From an uncultured delta proteobacterium (lineage in GTDB: Bacteria; Myxococcota; Myxococcia; Myxococcales; Anaeromyxobacteraceae): DNA of 64,000 nt. This document shows positions 44,064 to 53,888 of the stretch, one piece after another (positions within the stretch are counted from its first letter, which is position 1; the number at the start of each line of letters is the position of its first letter). Both the position numbers and the translations under genes were made by a program. The stretch is taken from positions 136,394-200,393 of the forward strand of contig CAWFDF010000010.1 of assembly GCA_963814585.1 (NCBI GenBank). Direction: 5' to 3'. The notes under the pieces are model-generated. The model was not told the DNA's origin and searched no databases. It saw only the letters and a program-made list of their open reading frames with translations.

Positions 44064-46076
44064 ATGCTCCGCCACAGGATGTTCGCCGCCGGGGCCATCG
44101 CTCCGCTGCTCATGGCCGTGCTCGGCCTCACGGGCTGTCCGGACGACCCCAAGGAGCATCGCCTCGCCGTGCTCTTCACCACCGACGAGCACTCCCACGT
44201 CTTCGCCATCGCGCCGGAGGTGGACGACTGGCCGATGGCCACCACCGCCGGCACCGGCGCCCTGGTGGGCGGCATGGCCCGCCGGGCCCGCCTCATCGAG
44301 CAGCAGAGGGCGGCCATGAGCGACACCGTGGTCCTCTCCTCGGGCGACTCCACCCAGGGCACGCTGGCCACCGTCCCCTTCGCGCTCGCCAACTTCGACC
44401 TCCAGCTCATGAAGGCCATGGGCTACGACGCCGTCGCCCTCGGCAACCACGAGTTCGACCAGACCCCGGTCGGGCTGGCCATGGCGGTGGGCGCCGCCAC
44501 CGGCGCCGGCAGCGTCGGGGCGCCGCAGCTGGTGCTCACCAACCTGAAGTTCAGCGCCGCCAGCGCCTCGGACGACACCCTGGCGGCCCTCTACGGCGCC
44601 GGCAAGGCCATCGCACCCTCCCACGTGGTCACCACGCCGGGCGGGTACAAGGTCGGCGTGGTGGCCGCCATGGGGCTCTCGGCCGCAGCCGACTGCGCCC
44701 CCTTCGCCGCGCCGGTCACCTTCACCGACGGGAATCCGACCTCCTCCGGCAACGCGCTGGCGGCCATCGTCGCCCAGGTCCAGCCGGCCGTGGACGCCCT
44801 GCGCAACGGCTCCCAGGTCGACGTGGTGGTCCTGCTCAGCCACGGCGGCGTGGGCGAGGGGATGGTGGGCATGGAGGACGAGGCGCTGGCGGCCCGCCTC
44901 ACCGGGGTCGACCTGGTGCTGAGCGGCCACAGCCACGCTGCCGCCCAGCCGGTCCGCCACGTCAACGACCCGACCGGCCACAGGGTGGCGCTCCTGCAGA
45001 CCAGCCCCTACGGCGCCAAGCTGGGCCGCGCCGAGCTGGTCTGGCTCGACGGCGACCGGCCCCGCGTCGACACCGATCCGGCACGGACCACCTACCTGGC
45101 GGTCGACGACCGCGTCATCCCCAGCACCAACCCGACCGTCACCGGCCTGATCGCCGGCCTGGTCAACGCGCTGGAGGTCAGCGCCACCGGGCCGTCCTTC
45201 CTGGAGCAGACCCTCTACGCGGTGCTGGGCACGCCGGTGGCGCACGACACGGCCAACCCGGGCAAGCTCTACTTCTACCCGCTCGGCCACGCCGCCTTCC
45301 CGGTGCGCGGGACCGGGACCGGCGAGTCCAACATGCTCAACCTGGACACCGACGCCATGCTGGCCGCGGCCAACACCTTCGGCGGTCCCACCCAGGTGGC
45401 GCTGCAGGCCCGCGGCGCGATGCGCGCCGACTTCGCGCCAGGGGAGACCGGGGTGCTCTCCTTCGCCGACGTCTACCGGGCGGCGCCGCTCGGCCTCGAC
45501 CCGACCGACGGCACCCCGGGCTACCCGGTCCTGCGCTTCCTCATGGCCAGGGCCGAGCTGCGCGCGGCGCTGGAGGGGACGCTGCTGATGAACCTGCAGA
45601 ACCCGGACTACTACGTCTCCCCGGCCGGCCTGAAGGTCACCTACGACCGGACCCGGAAGATGTTCGACGCCACCAACCCGGCCGGCCTCGGCTGGATCAC
45701 CTACATGGCGACGGTGGACGCGGCCGGCCTGGAGACGCCCTTCTACGACACCTCGCTCTCCGCCGCCGGCTGGCTCAGCCCGACCGGCCCGACCGGCGTC
45801 ATCCCGGTCACGGCGACCTACCAGCTGGGCGCCTTCGCCGCCTCGCTCGGGATCAAGCCGCGCAACCCGAGCACCGGGGCGCCGGTGGAGCCGGCCGACC
45901 TGCACACCCTGATCGTGCGGCGGCCGGGCGGAAGCGCGGTCAAGGACCACCAGGCCCTGGCCAGCTACGTCGCCTCGATCTGCGCGGGAAACGCGGGCGA
46001 GCTGCCGTCGCGCTACGACGACGCCACCACCACGCTGCCGCGCCGGATGGTCTGCACCGGCGCCGACTGCCCCTGA
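44064..46076 (+). CDS. bifunctional metallophosphatase / 5'-nucleotidase lipoprotein
   Basis: LTGC lipobox; DEH, GD, LGNHEFD, LSH, GHSH metallophosphoesterase motifs. Confidence 0.9.
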   Translation: MLRHRMFAAGAIAPLLMAVLGLTGCPDDPKEHRLAVLFTTDEHSHVFAIAPEVDDWPMATTAGTGALVGGMARRARLIEQQRAAMSDTVVLSSGDSTQGTLATVPFALANFDLQLMKAMGYDAVALGNHEFDQTPVGLAMAVGAATGAGSVGAPQLVLTNLKFSAASASDDTLAALYGAGKAIAPSHVVTTPGGYKVGVVAAMGLSAAADCAPFAAPVTFTDGNPTSSGNALAAIVAQVQPAVDALRNGSQVDVVVLLSHGGVGEGMVGMEDEALAARLTGVDLVLSGHSHAAAQPVRHVNDPTGHRVALLQTSPYGAKLGRAELVWLDGDRPRVDTDPARTTYLAVDDRVIPSTNPTVTGLIAGLVNALEVSATGPSFLEQTLYAVLGTPVAHDTANPGKLYFYPLGHAAFPVRGTGTGESNMLNLDTDAMLAAANTFGGPTQVALQARGAMRADFAPGETGVLSFADVYRAAPLGLDPTDGTPGYPVLRFLMARAELRAALEGTLLMNLQNPDYYVSPAGLKVTYDRTRKMFDATNPAGLGWITYMATVDAAGLETPFYDTSLSAAGWLSPTGPTGVIPVTATYQLGAFAASLGIKPRNPSTGAPVEPADLHTLIVRRPGGSAVKDHQALASYVASICAGNAGELPSRYDDATTTLPRRMVCTGADCP

Positions 46077-46144
46077 CGAACGCCTCGCCGGACCGGCCCT
46101 GGCCGCGGCCCACGCGGCCCGGACGCCGGCCCGCGCCAGGCGAG

Positions 46145-46182
46145 GAGCCGTCGGATCGCCGGGCCCCGGCGATCCACGGTTC
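46145..46182. terminator. strong hairpin between convergent genes, possible bidirectional terminator
   Basis: GGATCGCCGG/CCGGCGATCC perfect 10-bp stem plus flanking pairing; no U-tract. Confidence 0.4.
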
Positions 46183-46200
46183 AGCCGCGGGACCGGGTGG

Positions 46201-46734
46201 CTAGAACGGCTTCCACTTCAGCTTGGCGCCGACGCTGACCTTGACCGTGAAGACGGCCGGCTGCGCGTCGGTGGTGCCCGAGGCCACCACGGAGAACTTC
46301 CCGGAGCCCTTCAGCACGTTGTTGAGGAACTCGTCGAGCTGCGCCGAAGGGGCGAGGGCGATGGACGACCCGACCGAGATGGGGATGTCGGTCCAGGTGC
46401 CGACGAGGACGTCCTGCGAGGCGTCGGTGGCGCCCTCGGGCCGGAACGACGCCGTCCCGGAGCCGGTGGTGGCCACGTTGCCCACCCCGACCACGGTGAT
46501 CTCGGCGTCGGCGGCGACGACCTGGATCGAGTCGATGTGCGAGCGCTGCTTCCAGGCCTTGGGGGCGTCGGCGGCCAGGTCGACCGTCTTCACGCCGCTC
46601 CACGAGGTCGCGGTGGCGTTCACGTCGAAGGAGCGGGAGACGTCGAAGTCGACGGTGCCGCCGCAGGCGGCCAGGGTGGCGGCCGCGGCGAGCGCGACGG
46701 GGAGACGAAGGGACTGCGCGACTGAGCGGTTCAT
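46201..46734 (-). CDS. hypothetical beta-rich lipoprotein
   Basis: LAAC lipobox; SD GAGGAGG. Confidence 0.8.
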   Translation of the reverse strand: MNRSVAQSLRLPVALAAAATLAACGGTVDFDVSRSFDVNATATSWSGVKTVDLAADAPKAWKQRSHIDSIQVVAADAEITVVGVGNVATTGSGTASFRPEGATDASQDVLVGTWTDIPISVGSSIALAPSAQLDEFLNNVLKGSGKFSVVASGTTDAQPAVFTVKVSVGAKLKWKPF

Positions 46735-46878
46735 GATTCCTCCTCGGCGGAACCAATCCGCCAGCCGATCAAGATACTCTCTCCGCCGCTTCGGGGCGTG
46801 ACACTCCGACAGGCCCCGTTGGGATTCCCCGGATCACGGGACAGGTGGGATGTGGGGGCAATGGAGGGCGTCACGCAC

Positions 46879-47472
46879 ATGAGCGACACCCCGCGCCGAG
46901 ACTTCGAGGCCAGCTACCTGAGCGGCGACGCGCCCTGGGACATCGGCCGGCCCCAGGCCGAGATCGTGGCCCTGGCCGAGGCCGGACTCATCACCGGGTC
47001 GGTCCTCGACATCGGCTGCGGCACGGGCGAGAACGCCCTCTACCTGGCCGGGCGCGGCCACGCCGTCTTCGGGCTCGACGGGTCGGCCACCGGCATCGAG
47101 CGGGCCCGCCAGAAGGCCGCCGAGCGGAGGCTGCCGGTCCAGTTCCACGTCTGGGACGCGCTGGAGCTGGGGCGCCTGCGCCAGCGCTTCGAGACCGTCA
47201 TCGACGTCGGCCTCTTCCACGTCTTCGACGACGCCGACCGGCGGCGCTACGCCGGGTCGCTCGCCGAGGTGACCGCGCCCGGCTCCGATCTCTTCATCCT
47301 CAACTGGTCCACCGAGGAGCCGCCCGGCCCGGGGCCGCGGCGCGTCAGCGAGGACGAGATCCGCGAGGCCTTCCGCACCCTCTTCGCCACCAGGGAGGTC
47401 AAGCCGGCCGGCTTCGAGCGCCTTGGCGGGCCCCCGGCGAAGGCGCTGCTGGCCCGGTTGACCAGGATGTAG
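46879..47472 (+). CDS. class I SAM-dependent methyltransferase
   Basis: APWDIGRPQ, VLDIGCGTGENA, VIDVGLFH. Confidence 0.9.
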   Translation: MSDTPRRDFEASYLSGDAPWDIGRPQAEIVALAEAGLITGSVLDIGCGTGENALYLAGRGHAVFGLDGSATGIERARQKAAERRLPVQFHVWDALELGRLRQRFETVIDVGLFHVFDDADRRRYAGSLAEVTAPGSDLFILNWSTEEPPGPGPRRVSEDEIREAFRTLFATREVKPAGFERLGGPPAKALLARLTRM

Positions 47473-47583
47473 TGCCCCGCTCGCCTCGCCGGGCCCGCGG
47501 CGCCCAACCGGACCGAGGAGGGGCGCGCCAGGAACCGGCGGGTCGAGCCGATCGAGCAGTGAGCCGATCGGCGGATGGCCCGG

Positions 47584-48399
47584 TCACGGCTCGGCCGGCC
47601 GCCAGGCCCCCACCTCGACCAGCACGCGCCAGGTGTCGCCTTCGCGGACCTCGACCTGCAGGAAGCCGCCCGCCTCGCGGGCTCCGTCGAGGAGCAGCCC
47701 GGCCGAGGCGGAGAGCCGCTCGTCGGCGGAGAGCACCTGCTGCAGCGGCCGGCGCGCCGCCCGCGCCGACCCGGGCGGGAGCGGCGAGTCGGAGGCGTCG
47801 AACAGCACCCGGAGCTTCCCGTCGGGCTGCCGCTGCCAGATGGTGACGTAGCGGCCGGTGGCGGGTGGGCCACCGCCTGCGGGCGTGAGGGTCCAGCCAC
47901 CGCGGGTCATGACCAGGTCGCCCGCCCCGGTGGCGCGGGCCTCGTCGGGCGCCCAGGCCAGCGTCGGGCCGCCGGGAGCGAGCAGGGGGCCCCAGTCGAT
48001 GCAGATCGCCGCCACCCCCATGGCCACGCCGTCGTGGCTCACGAAGACGGCATCGGCGGCGAGGAACGCGGCGAAGGCCCGCTCGTCGTGCGCCGCCGAG
48101 GCGGCGGAGAAGGCCAGGTCGGCGGCGCGGGCCTGGGCCTCGGCCTGCTCGGGAGCGACGGCCGGGACATCGCTCCCCAGGGTCGGGCGTGGCGCAGCCT
48201 GGCCGGAGGGCGCCCGCGATGGCGCGGGGGGGACGCCGGGCGAGGGTGGCCTGGCTGGGCTCGCCGGAGTGGCCGGCGCGGCTCCCGTGACCGGCCCGGC
48301 CGGCGGGGCGGCGCCCGGAGGCGGGGCGGCCGCCTTCCCGGTGGCGCAACCGGCGAGCAGGGCGGCGAGCAGCGGGGCGAAGCGCGGTCGAAGCGTCAC
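47584..48399 (-). CDS. lipoprotein with NTF2-like (DUF4440/SnoaL) domain
   Basis: LAGC lipobox, Pro-rich linker, GRYVTIWQRQPDG..RVLFD. Confidence 0.8.
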   Translation of the reverse strand: MTLRPRFAPLLAALLAGCATGKAAAPPPGAAPPAGPVTGAAPATPASPARPPSPGVPPAPSRAPSGQAAPRPTLGSDVPAVAPEQAEAQARAADLAFSAASAAHDERAFAAFLAADAVFVSHDGVAMGVAAICIDWGPLLAPGGPTLAWAPDEARATGAGDLVMTRGGWTLTPAGGGPPATGRYVTIWQRQPDGKLRVLFDASDSPLPPGSARAARRPLQQVLSADERLSASAGLLLDGAREAGGFLQVEVREGDTWRVLVEVGAWRPAEP

Positions 48400-48416
48400 G
48401 GCGGCACCTCCCGGGT

Positions 48417-49442
48417 TCAGGCGAATGGGATGAGGTGGAGCGTCTCGCCGGGCCTGGCGCCGAGCAGCCGCGCCGCCTGCTCCGGCAGGGCGATCCGGCC
48501 AGCCGCCACCCGCGCCGGCGTTCGCACCGCCCGGAACCGGTTCGGGCCGCGCGGCAGCGTCCTGGCCACCAGGCCCCCGGGGGCGTCGCCGCGCAGCGGG
48601 GCGGCCTCGAGCGTGGCGGCCAGGTAGGCCTTCACCGGCGCGATGGAGGCCAGCGGCGCCTCGTAGTGCGGACCTCCGTCGAACGGATCGATCCGGTGGA
48701 CGTAGCCGAAGCCGATCCGCGCGAGCATGTCCTGCACCGGCTTCGCCTTCTTCCCCACCGCGCCCAGGGTGCGGCGCGCCGCCTGGGGCAGCAGGTTGGC
48801 GTAGACGTCGAAGGGCGGGAAGAGCTGCTGGATGAACTCCTTGTTCTCGCGCGAGAGCCTGTCGGCCGCCTGGTAGTCGAGGCCGGTGAAGTTGCGGCCG
48901 AAGGCCTCCCAGAAGGCGCTCTGGCCGCCGGCCGTGAGCGGCCCCATCAGCTCGGCCAGCACCGTCTCGCGGAAGCGGCGAGGGTGCATGGCCAGGTAGA
49001 GGAAGCGCACGAAGGAGAGCTGCTTGCCGGCCTTCTCGGCGCTGCGGCGCGCACCGGGCCGGACCACCAGGCCGCCGATCTCGGTCGGCCCGTCGAAGTG
49101 GTAGCCGAGCGAGAGCAGGGTGTGGCGGAAGTGACGGTCGAGCGTGGAGGAGTAGTGCTCCTTCTCGGTGACGGTGAAGAAGGTGCAGGGCGACTCGTGG
49201 GTGCCATGCTTGGCGATCACCATCGAGGTGCCGACCAGCCGGCCGGTCCGCGGCGCCTCGGCCACGAAGACGTAGGCGCGGTCCAGCGGGTCCTCGATCC
49301 GGCCCGTGAAGCTGGCGATGGAGCGGCCGACGATCTGGCCGAGCGCGCGCGGGTCGTCGGGCAGGTTGACCGAGTCGAGCTCGGCCGCCAGCGAGGCCAG
49401 GCTGGGCAGGTCGCTCCGCTGGGCGTCTCGCAGGAGGAGCAT
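48417..49442 (-). CDS. astA: arginine N-succinyltransferase family protein
   Basis: [42 protein letters not shown]. Confidence 0.88.
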   Translation of the reverse strand: MLLLRDAQRSDLPSLASLAAELDSVNLPDDPRALGQIVGRSIASFTGRIEDPLDRAYVFVAEAPRTGRLVGTSMVIAKHGTHESPCTFFTVTEKEHYSSTLDRHFRHTLLSLGYHFDGPTEIGGLVVRPGARRSAEKAGKQLSFVRFLYLAMHPRRFRETVLAELMGPLTAGGQSAFWEAFGRNFTGLDYQAADRLSRENKEFIQQLFPPFDVYANLLPQAARRTLGAVGKKAKPVQDMLARIGFGYVHRIDPFDGGPHYEAPLASIAPVKAYLAATLEAAPLRGDAPGGLVARTLPRGPNRFRAVRTPARVAAGRIALPEQAARLLGARPGETLHLIPFA

Positions 49443-49468
49443 GGAAGGGAGGAGTATCATGCCCCACC

Positions 49469-49918
49469 ATGCGAGCGGTGGTGCAGCGGGTCAGCCGGGG
49501 CGAGGTGCGGGTCGATGGGCGGCCGGTCGGTGCCGTGGGGAAGGGGCTGGTGGTGCTGCTGGGGGTGGCCCGCGACGATGCCGAGGCCGACGCCCGCGCC
49601 ATGGCCGACAAGCTGGCCGAGCTGCGGATCTTCGAGGACCAGGCCGGCAAGATGAACCTGGCCCTGGCCGAGGTCGGCGGCGGGCTGCTGGTGATCTCGC
49701 AGTTCACGCTCCTGGGCGACGCTCGCAAGGGGAACCGGCCCGGCTTCACCGACGCCGCGCCACCGGAGGTGGCCGACGCCCTCTACCAGCGGACCTGCGC
49801 GCTGCTGCGCGAGAAGGGACTGCCGGTGGCCACCGGCGTCTTCCGCGCCGACATGGCGGTCGAGCTGGTGAACGAGGGGCCGGTCACCATCCTGCTCGAC
49901 ACCCGCCGGCTCTTCTAG
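49469..49918 (+). CDS. dtd: D-aminoacyl-tRNA deacylase
   Basis: [24 protein letters not shown]. Confidence 0.97.
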   Translation: MRAVVQRVSRGEVRVDGRPVGAVGKGLVVLLGVARDDAEADARAMADKLAELRIFEDQAGKMNLALAEVGGGLLVISQFTLLGDARKGNRPGFTDAAPPEVADALYQRTCALLREKGLPVATGVFRADMAVELVNEGPVTILLDTRRLF

Positions 49919-50097
49919 TGCCGCGCCCCAGGCAAGATGACGTGACGAGAGAGCCGAGACCGAAGCGAGGCTGGCGCCCGAGGAGGGAGCAGCGGAAGCG
50001 TAGCAGCGCTACGCTGAGCAGCGGACCGACGAGGCCGCCTGCCGCAGCGAGAGGATCGGCTCTCGCAGTAGGCATCTTGCCTGGGGCGCGGCACTAG
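49915..50097. mobile_element. 183-bp MITE-like palindromic element
   Basis: Perfect 25-bp terminal inverted repeats with CTAG at both ends, nested internal inverted repeats, no transposase. Confidence 0.75.
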
Positions 50098-52298
50098 GGG
50101 TTCGCCGGTGCCGGCGGCTCACCGCCCAGCTGCTGCCAGAGGAAGGTGTAGCCGAGCGCGGTCATGTGGGCCACCTGCCTGTTGTCGGCCGCGCCGCCGT
50201 GGCCGCCCTCGACGTTCTCGTAGTACTGGGCCGGCTGTCTCGACTCCATGAGGCGGGCCATCATCTTGCGGGCGTGACCGGGGTGGACCCGGTCGTCGCG
50301 CGTCGAGGTGGTGAAGAGGGTGGGCGGGTAGCTCACCCCGGGCTTGAGCTGGTGGTAGGGCGAGAAGCCCTCGATGAAGGCCCACTCGGCCGGATCATCG
50401 GGGTTGCCGTACTCGCCCATCCAGCTGGCCCCGGCCAGCAGCAGGTGGTAACGGCGCATGTCGAGCAGCGGCACCTGGCAGACGATGGCGCCGAAGAGGT
50501 CGGGGCGGCGCACCAGCATGTTGCCCACCAGCAACCCGCCGTTGCTGCCGCCCTGCGTGCCGAGCCTGCTCGGGCTGGTCACCCCGCGGCGGACGAGGTC
50601 CTCCGCCACCGCGATGAAGTCCTCGTAGGCGCGCGGCCGCCGCTCCTTCAGGGCCGCCTGGTGCCAGGGCGGCCCGAACTCCCCGCCGCCGCGGATGTTG
50701 GCCACGGCGTAGACGCCGCCCCGCTCCAGCCAGGCGGCGCCGACCATGGCGCCGTAGGAGGGCACCACGCTCACCTCGAAGCCACCGTAGCCGGAGAGCA
50801 GGGTCGGGTTCTGGCCGTCGAGCCTCAGGCCGGTGCGCGAGACCTGGAAGTAGGGGACGCGGGTGCCGTCGGCCGAGACCACCTCGTGCTGGGCGACCTC
50901 CAGCCCGGCGGCGTCGAAGAGGTCCGGCAGCTGCTTCAGCTTGACCGGCGCGGGCCCGCCGGCGGTGCCGATCAGCAGCGAGGTGGGCGTGGTGTACCCG
51001 GTGACGGTCATGAAGTAGTCGTCCGACTCGTCGGCGTCGATGGGCTCGACGCCCACCGTGACCAGCTCGGGCGCGCCCCGGAGTGGCTGCCGCTCCCAGC
51101 CACCGGGCCCGGGGGTGAGGAGGTCGAGGCGGCTCCGGACGTTGTCGAGCACGTTCACCAGCACGTGGTGGCGGGTCGGGGTGAAGGAGACGAGCGCGGC
51201 GCGCTCTCCGGGGGCGAAGAGCAGGTCGAAGTCCCGGTCGCCGGCCAGGAACCTCTCCAGGTGGATGGCGAGCAGCGCGCCGGAGGGCCAGGTGCGGGGA
51301 CCCGTCGTCCAGTCGTCGCGAAGCTGGAGGAAGAGCCACTCGCGGAAGACGCTGGCCTCGGCGCTGTCGGGCTTCGCCACCTGGATGGCCCGGCCGCCGC
51401 GCAGGAGGTAGAGCCGGCTGGTGTAGAAGGTGATGGTCCGCTCCACGAGCTCGCGCTCGAAGCCCCGGGTCAGGTCGCGCCAGCCCGTGACCGCCACGTC
51501 GTCGGCCGTCCCCTCGTGGACCAGCACCGCCTCCTCCAGCGGCGTGCCGCGCTTCCAGCGCTTCACCAGTCGGGGATAGCCGGAAGCGGTGAGCGAGCCG
51601 GCGCCGAAGTCGGTGCCCACGAAGACGGTGTCGTCGTCGATCCAGGCCACCCGGCTCTTGGCCTCCGGCAGCGTGAAGCCGCCCGGGACGAACGCCTTCT
51701 CCTCCAGGTCGAACTCGCGCGTCACCGTGGCATCGGCGCCCCCGCGCGACAGCCTGACCAGGCAGCGCCGGTAGAGCGGCTTCAGGCAGGTGGCGCCGTG
51801 CCAGACCCAGTTCTCCCTCTCGGCCGCGCCGAGCGCGTCGACGTCGATGACCGCCTCCCAGGCCGGCTCGGCCGTGCGGTACGACTCGAGCGTGGTGCGG
51901 CGCCAGAGGCCGCGCGGGTTCCGGGCGTCCCTCCAGAGGTTGTAGTACCAGCGCCCCAGCTTCTCGACGTGGGGGATGCGGTCCCTGGAGTCGAGGATGG
52001 CGAGCAGCCGCCGCTCCAGCGCGGCGAAGCCGGGCGAGGCGTCGAGCACGGCGGCGCTCTCGGCGTTGCGGGCCCGGGCCCAGGCCAGCGCCTTCTCGCC
52101 CTGCACGTCCTCCAGCCAGAGGTAGGGGTCATCCGGCGTCGGTGCGATCACGGCAGGCGGGGAGGTCATGACGGTGGTCGAGGCCGGGGCGGGGGGCGGC
52201 GGCGCGGCGCCGGTGGGCGGGGCGGCCGCCAGGAGGAGGAGGACGGCCGCCTGGACGATGCGGGCATGGACGTTCCAGGGGCTGCGGGGCCCGGGCAT
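50094..52298 (-). CDS. prolyl oligopeptidase (S9A), probably secreted; start uncertain
   Basis: DPYLWLED, GYGGF, NIRGGGEFG, GGSNGG nucleophile, DDRVHP, GGH. Confidence 0.93.
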   Translation of the reverse strand: MPGPRSPWNVHARIVQAAVLLLLAAAPPTGAAPPPPAPASTTVMTSPPAVIAPTPDDPYLWLEDVQGEKALAWARARNAESAAVLDASPGFAALERRLLAILDSRDRIPHVEKLGRWYYNLWRDARNPRGLWRRTTLESYRTAEPAWEAVIDVDALGAAERENWVWHGATCLKPLYRRCLVRLSRGGADATVTREFDLEEKAFVPGGFTLPEAKSRVAWIDDDTVFVGTDFGAGSLTASGYPRLVKRWKRGTPLEEAVLVHEGTADDVAVTGWRDLTRGFERELVERTITFYTSRLYLLRGGRAIQVAKPDSAEASVFREWLFLQLRDDWTTGPRTWPSGALLAIHLERFLAGDRDFDLLFAPGERAALVSFTPTRHHVLVNVLDNVRSRLDLLTPGPGGWERQPLRGAPELVTVGVEPIDADESDDYFMTVTGYTTPTSLLIGTAGGPAPVKLKQLPDLFDAAGLEVAQHEVVSADGTRVPYFQVSRTGLRLDGQNPTLLSGYGGFEVSVVPSYGAMVGAAWLERGGVYAVANIRGGGEFGPPWHQAALKERRPRAYEDFIAVAEDLVRRGVTSPSRLGTQGGSNGGLLVGNMLVRRPDLFGAIVCQVPLLDMRRYHLLLAGASWMGEYGNPDDPAEWAFIEGFSPYHQLKPGVSYPPTLFTTSTRDDRVHPGHARKMMARLMESRQPAQYYENVEGGHGGAADNRQVAHMTALGYTFLWQQLGGEPPAPANP

Positions 52299-52371
52299 CA
52301 TAGCGGAGGGACCGGGCCTGGCCACCGGGAGCGTGCCTTGACATTCCGGCCTTCGGACGCAGGCTGGAGGC

Positions 52372-52707
52372 TTGAGCTTCCAGCGCGACTACGTCCTCCG
52401 GGCCATCGAGGCCTTCGCGAAGGCGCTGGCGGCCATCGTGGCCCTGCGCCTGGACGGCCAGACCGAGACGGCGCGGCACGAGATCGACCGCGTCGCGCGT
52501 GGGCTCATCGGCGCCGACCTCGCGCTGATCGACGCCGTCGGCCTCGAGGCCGTGGCGGCCCAGGTGGACGGGCGGGAGAACCTGGCTCGGCTGGCCACGT
52601 TGCTCGCCGAGCGGTCCGAGGTGGAGCGGGCCGGCGGTGACCTGGCCGCGGCCACCAGGTGGGCCGAGCGGGCGGAGACGCTGCGGGCCCGCGCCCTCGG
52701 GGCGTGA
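52372..52707 (+). CDS. hypothetical helical protein (DUF6483-like)
   Basis: TTG start after GGAGG; QRDYVLRAIE N-terminus; TTGACA upstream at 52338. Confidence 0.7.
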   Translation: MSFQRDYVLRAIEAFAKALAAIVALRLDGQTETARHEIDRVARGLIGADLALIDAVGLEAVAAQVDGRENLARLATLLAERSEVERAGGDLAAATRWAERAETLRARALGA

Positions 52708-52803
52708 TGGCGCCGCTCGCATGGCTGGAGCCTTGCTGCGTCGCGAGGTGGAAGCCCGCAGGGTGCGCCTCGCGCCCACCTCGGCGCACCTCGCCCGGCG
52801 GCG

Positions 52804-52847
52804 TGTGACGCCCATCACTGCCCTCGCCGAGGTGGCGGTGGCATGCT
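52804..52847 (+). promoter_or_regulatory. CRP/FNR-type box plus extended -10 (class II-like promoter)
   Basis: TGTGA-cgccca-TCACT at 52804-52819; TG-g-CATGCT at 52839-52847. Confidence 0.5.
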
Positions 52848-52874
52848 CCGCGAGTCCTTCCAGAAGGAGCGCCC

Positions 52875-53870
52875 ATGAAGAAGCTCGCCGCCCTCGCCGC
52901 CACCATGCTGGTCACCGCCTGTGGCCAGGATCTGAAGCCGGAGGAGATCCGCCACGCCATGCCGGCGGCGAGCGTCCTCACCATCACGGCGCCCAACCCG
53001 AACGGCGCCACCGGGAAGTTCGCAGCCGAGGGCGATCCGCTGCTGGCGGTGGCTCCCGCGCCGGGCGGCCCCTCGCCGCTGGCGGTCTCGTCCTGGCTCT
53101 TCGCCACCGCCGTGAACGGCGGCGTCTTCTGGACCCTGGCCCCCATCGCCTGGTTCACGCAGGTGGTCCCGCCGACGAGGTGCGACCCGGACGCCTGCAC
53201 CTGGGGACCCGGCAGCGGCGCCGCCGACCTCAACGTCTGGACGCTGGTGGTGGCCAGGAACGGCGACGCCTTCGACTACTCGCTCTCTGGCGCGCCGAAG
53301 TCGACCGGCGGCACGCGCCCCGTGACCGTCATCGCCGGCCGCGCCTGGGCGGGCACGCTCCCCAATCGCGGCCACGGCGGGTTCGAGGTGGACTTCGACT
53401 CGGCCTGGGCCGGGCTCGATCACGCCGCCGGCGAGGTCCAGCAGGACTTCGGCAGCCTCACCGTCACCTATGACGCCCGTACCGACCTGGTGCTGCTGGC
53501 CACCTTCCTGAACGCCCGCAACGGCGACGATCCGGGGGTCGATCCGGCCAGCCCGAACCGGCTCAACGCCGCCTACGCCTTCCAGGCCAGCGCGGCCGGC
53601 GGCGACCTGCAGGTCGGCTGGCGGACGCTGCCGGTCGGGGCCACCGAGCAGACGGCCGCCCTCCACACCCGCTGGCTGGGCGCCGGGAGCAGCGCCGGTG
53701 GCGGCCGCGCCGACGCCGCGGTGACCACGCCGGGCGCCAGCCTGGCCTTCTCGGAGTGCTGGGACGGCCCCCCCGGCTACGCGATGACCTTCGACGGGCT
53801 CCACGGCACCGGCCTGGAGAGCGCCTGCGTCTTCCCCACCGCGGCGCCGCCGACCATCACCATTCCGTAG
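52875..53870 (+). CDS. hypothetical lipoprotein
   Basis: MKK...VTAC lipobox, SD AAGGAG, paired Cys. Confidence 0.8.
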   Translation: MKKLAALAATMLVTACGQDLKPEEIRHAMPAASVLTITAPNPNGATGKFAAEGDPLLAVAPAPGGPSPLAVSSWLFATAVNGGVFWTLAPIAWFTQVVPPTRCDPDACTWGPGSGAADLNVWTLVVARNGDAFDYSLSGAPKSTGGTRPVTVIAGRAWAGTLPNRGHGGFEVDFDSAWAGLDHAAGEVQQDFGSLTVTYDARTDLVLLATFLNARNGDDPGVDPASPNRLNAAYAFQASAAGGDLQVGWRTLPVGATEQTAALHTRWLGAGSSAGGGRADAAVTTPGASLAFSECWDGPPGYAMTFDGLHGTGLESACVFPTAAPPTITIP

Positions 53871-53888
53871 TCGGGCCTGCCCGTCGGC

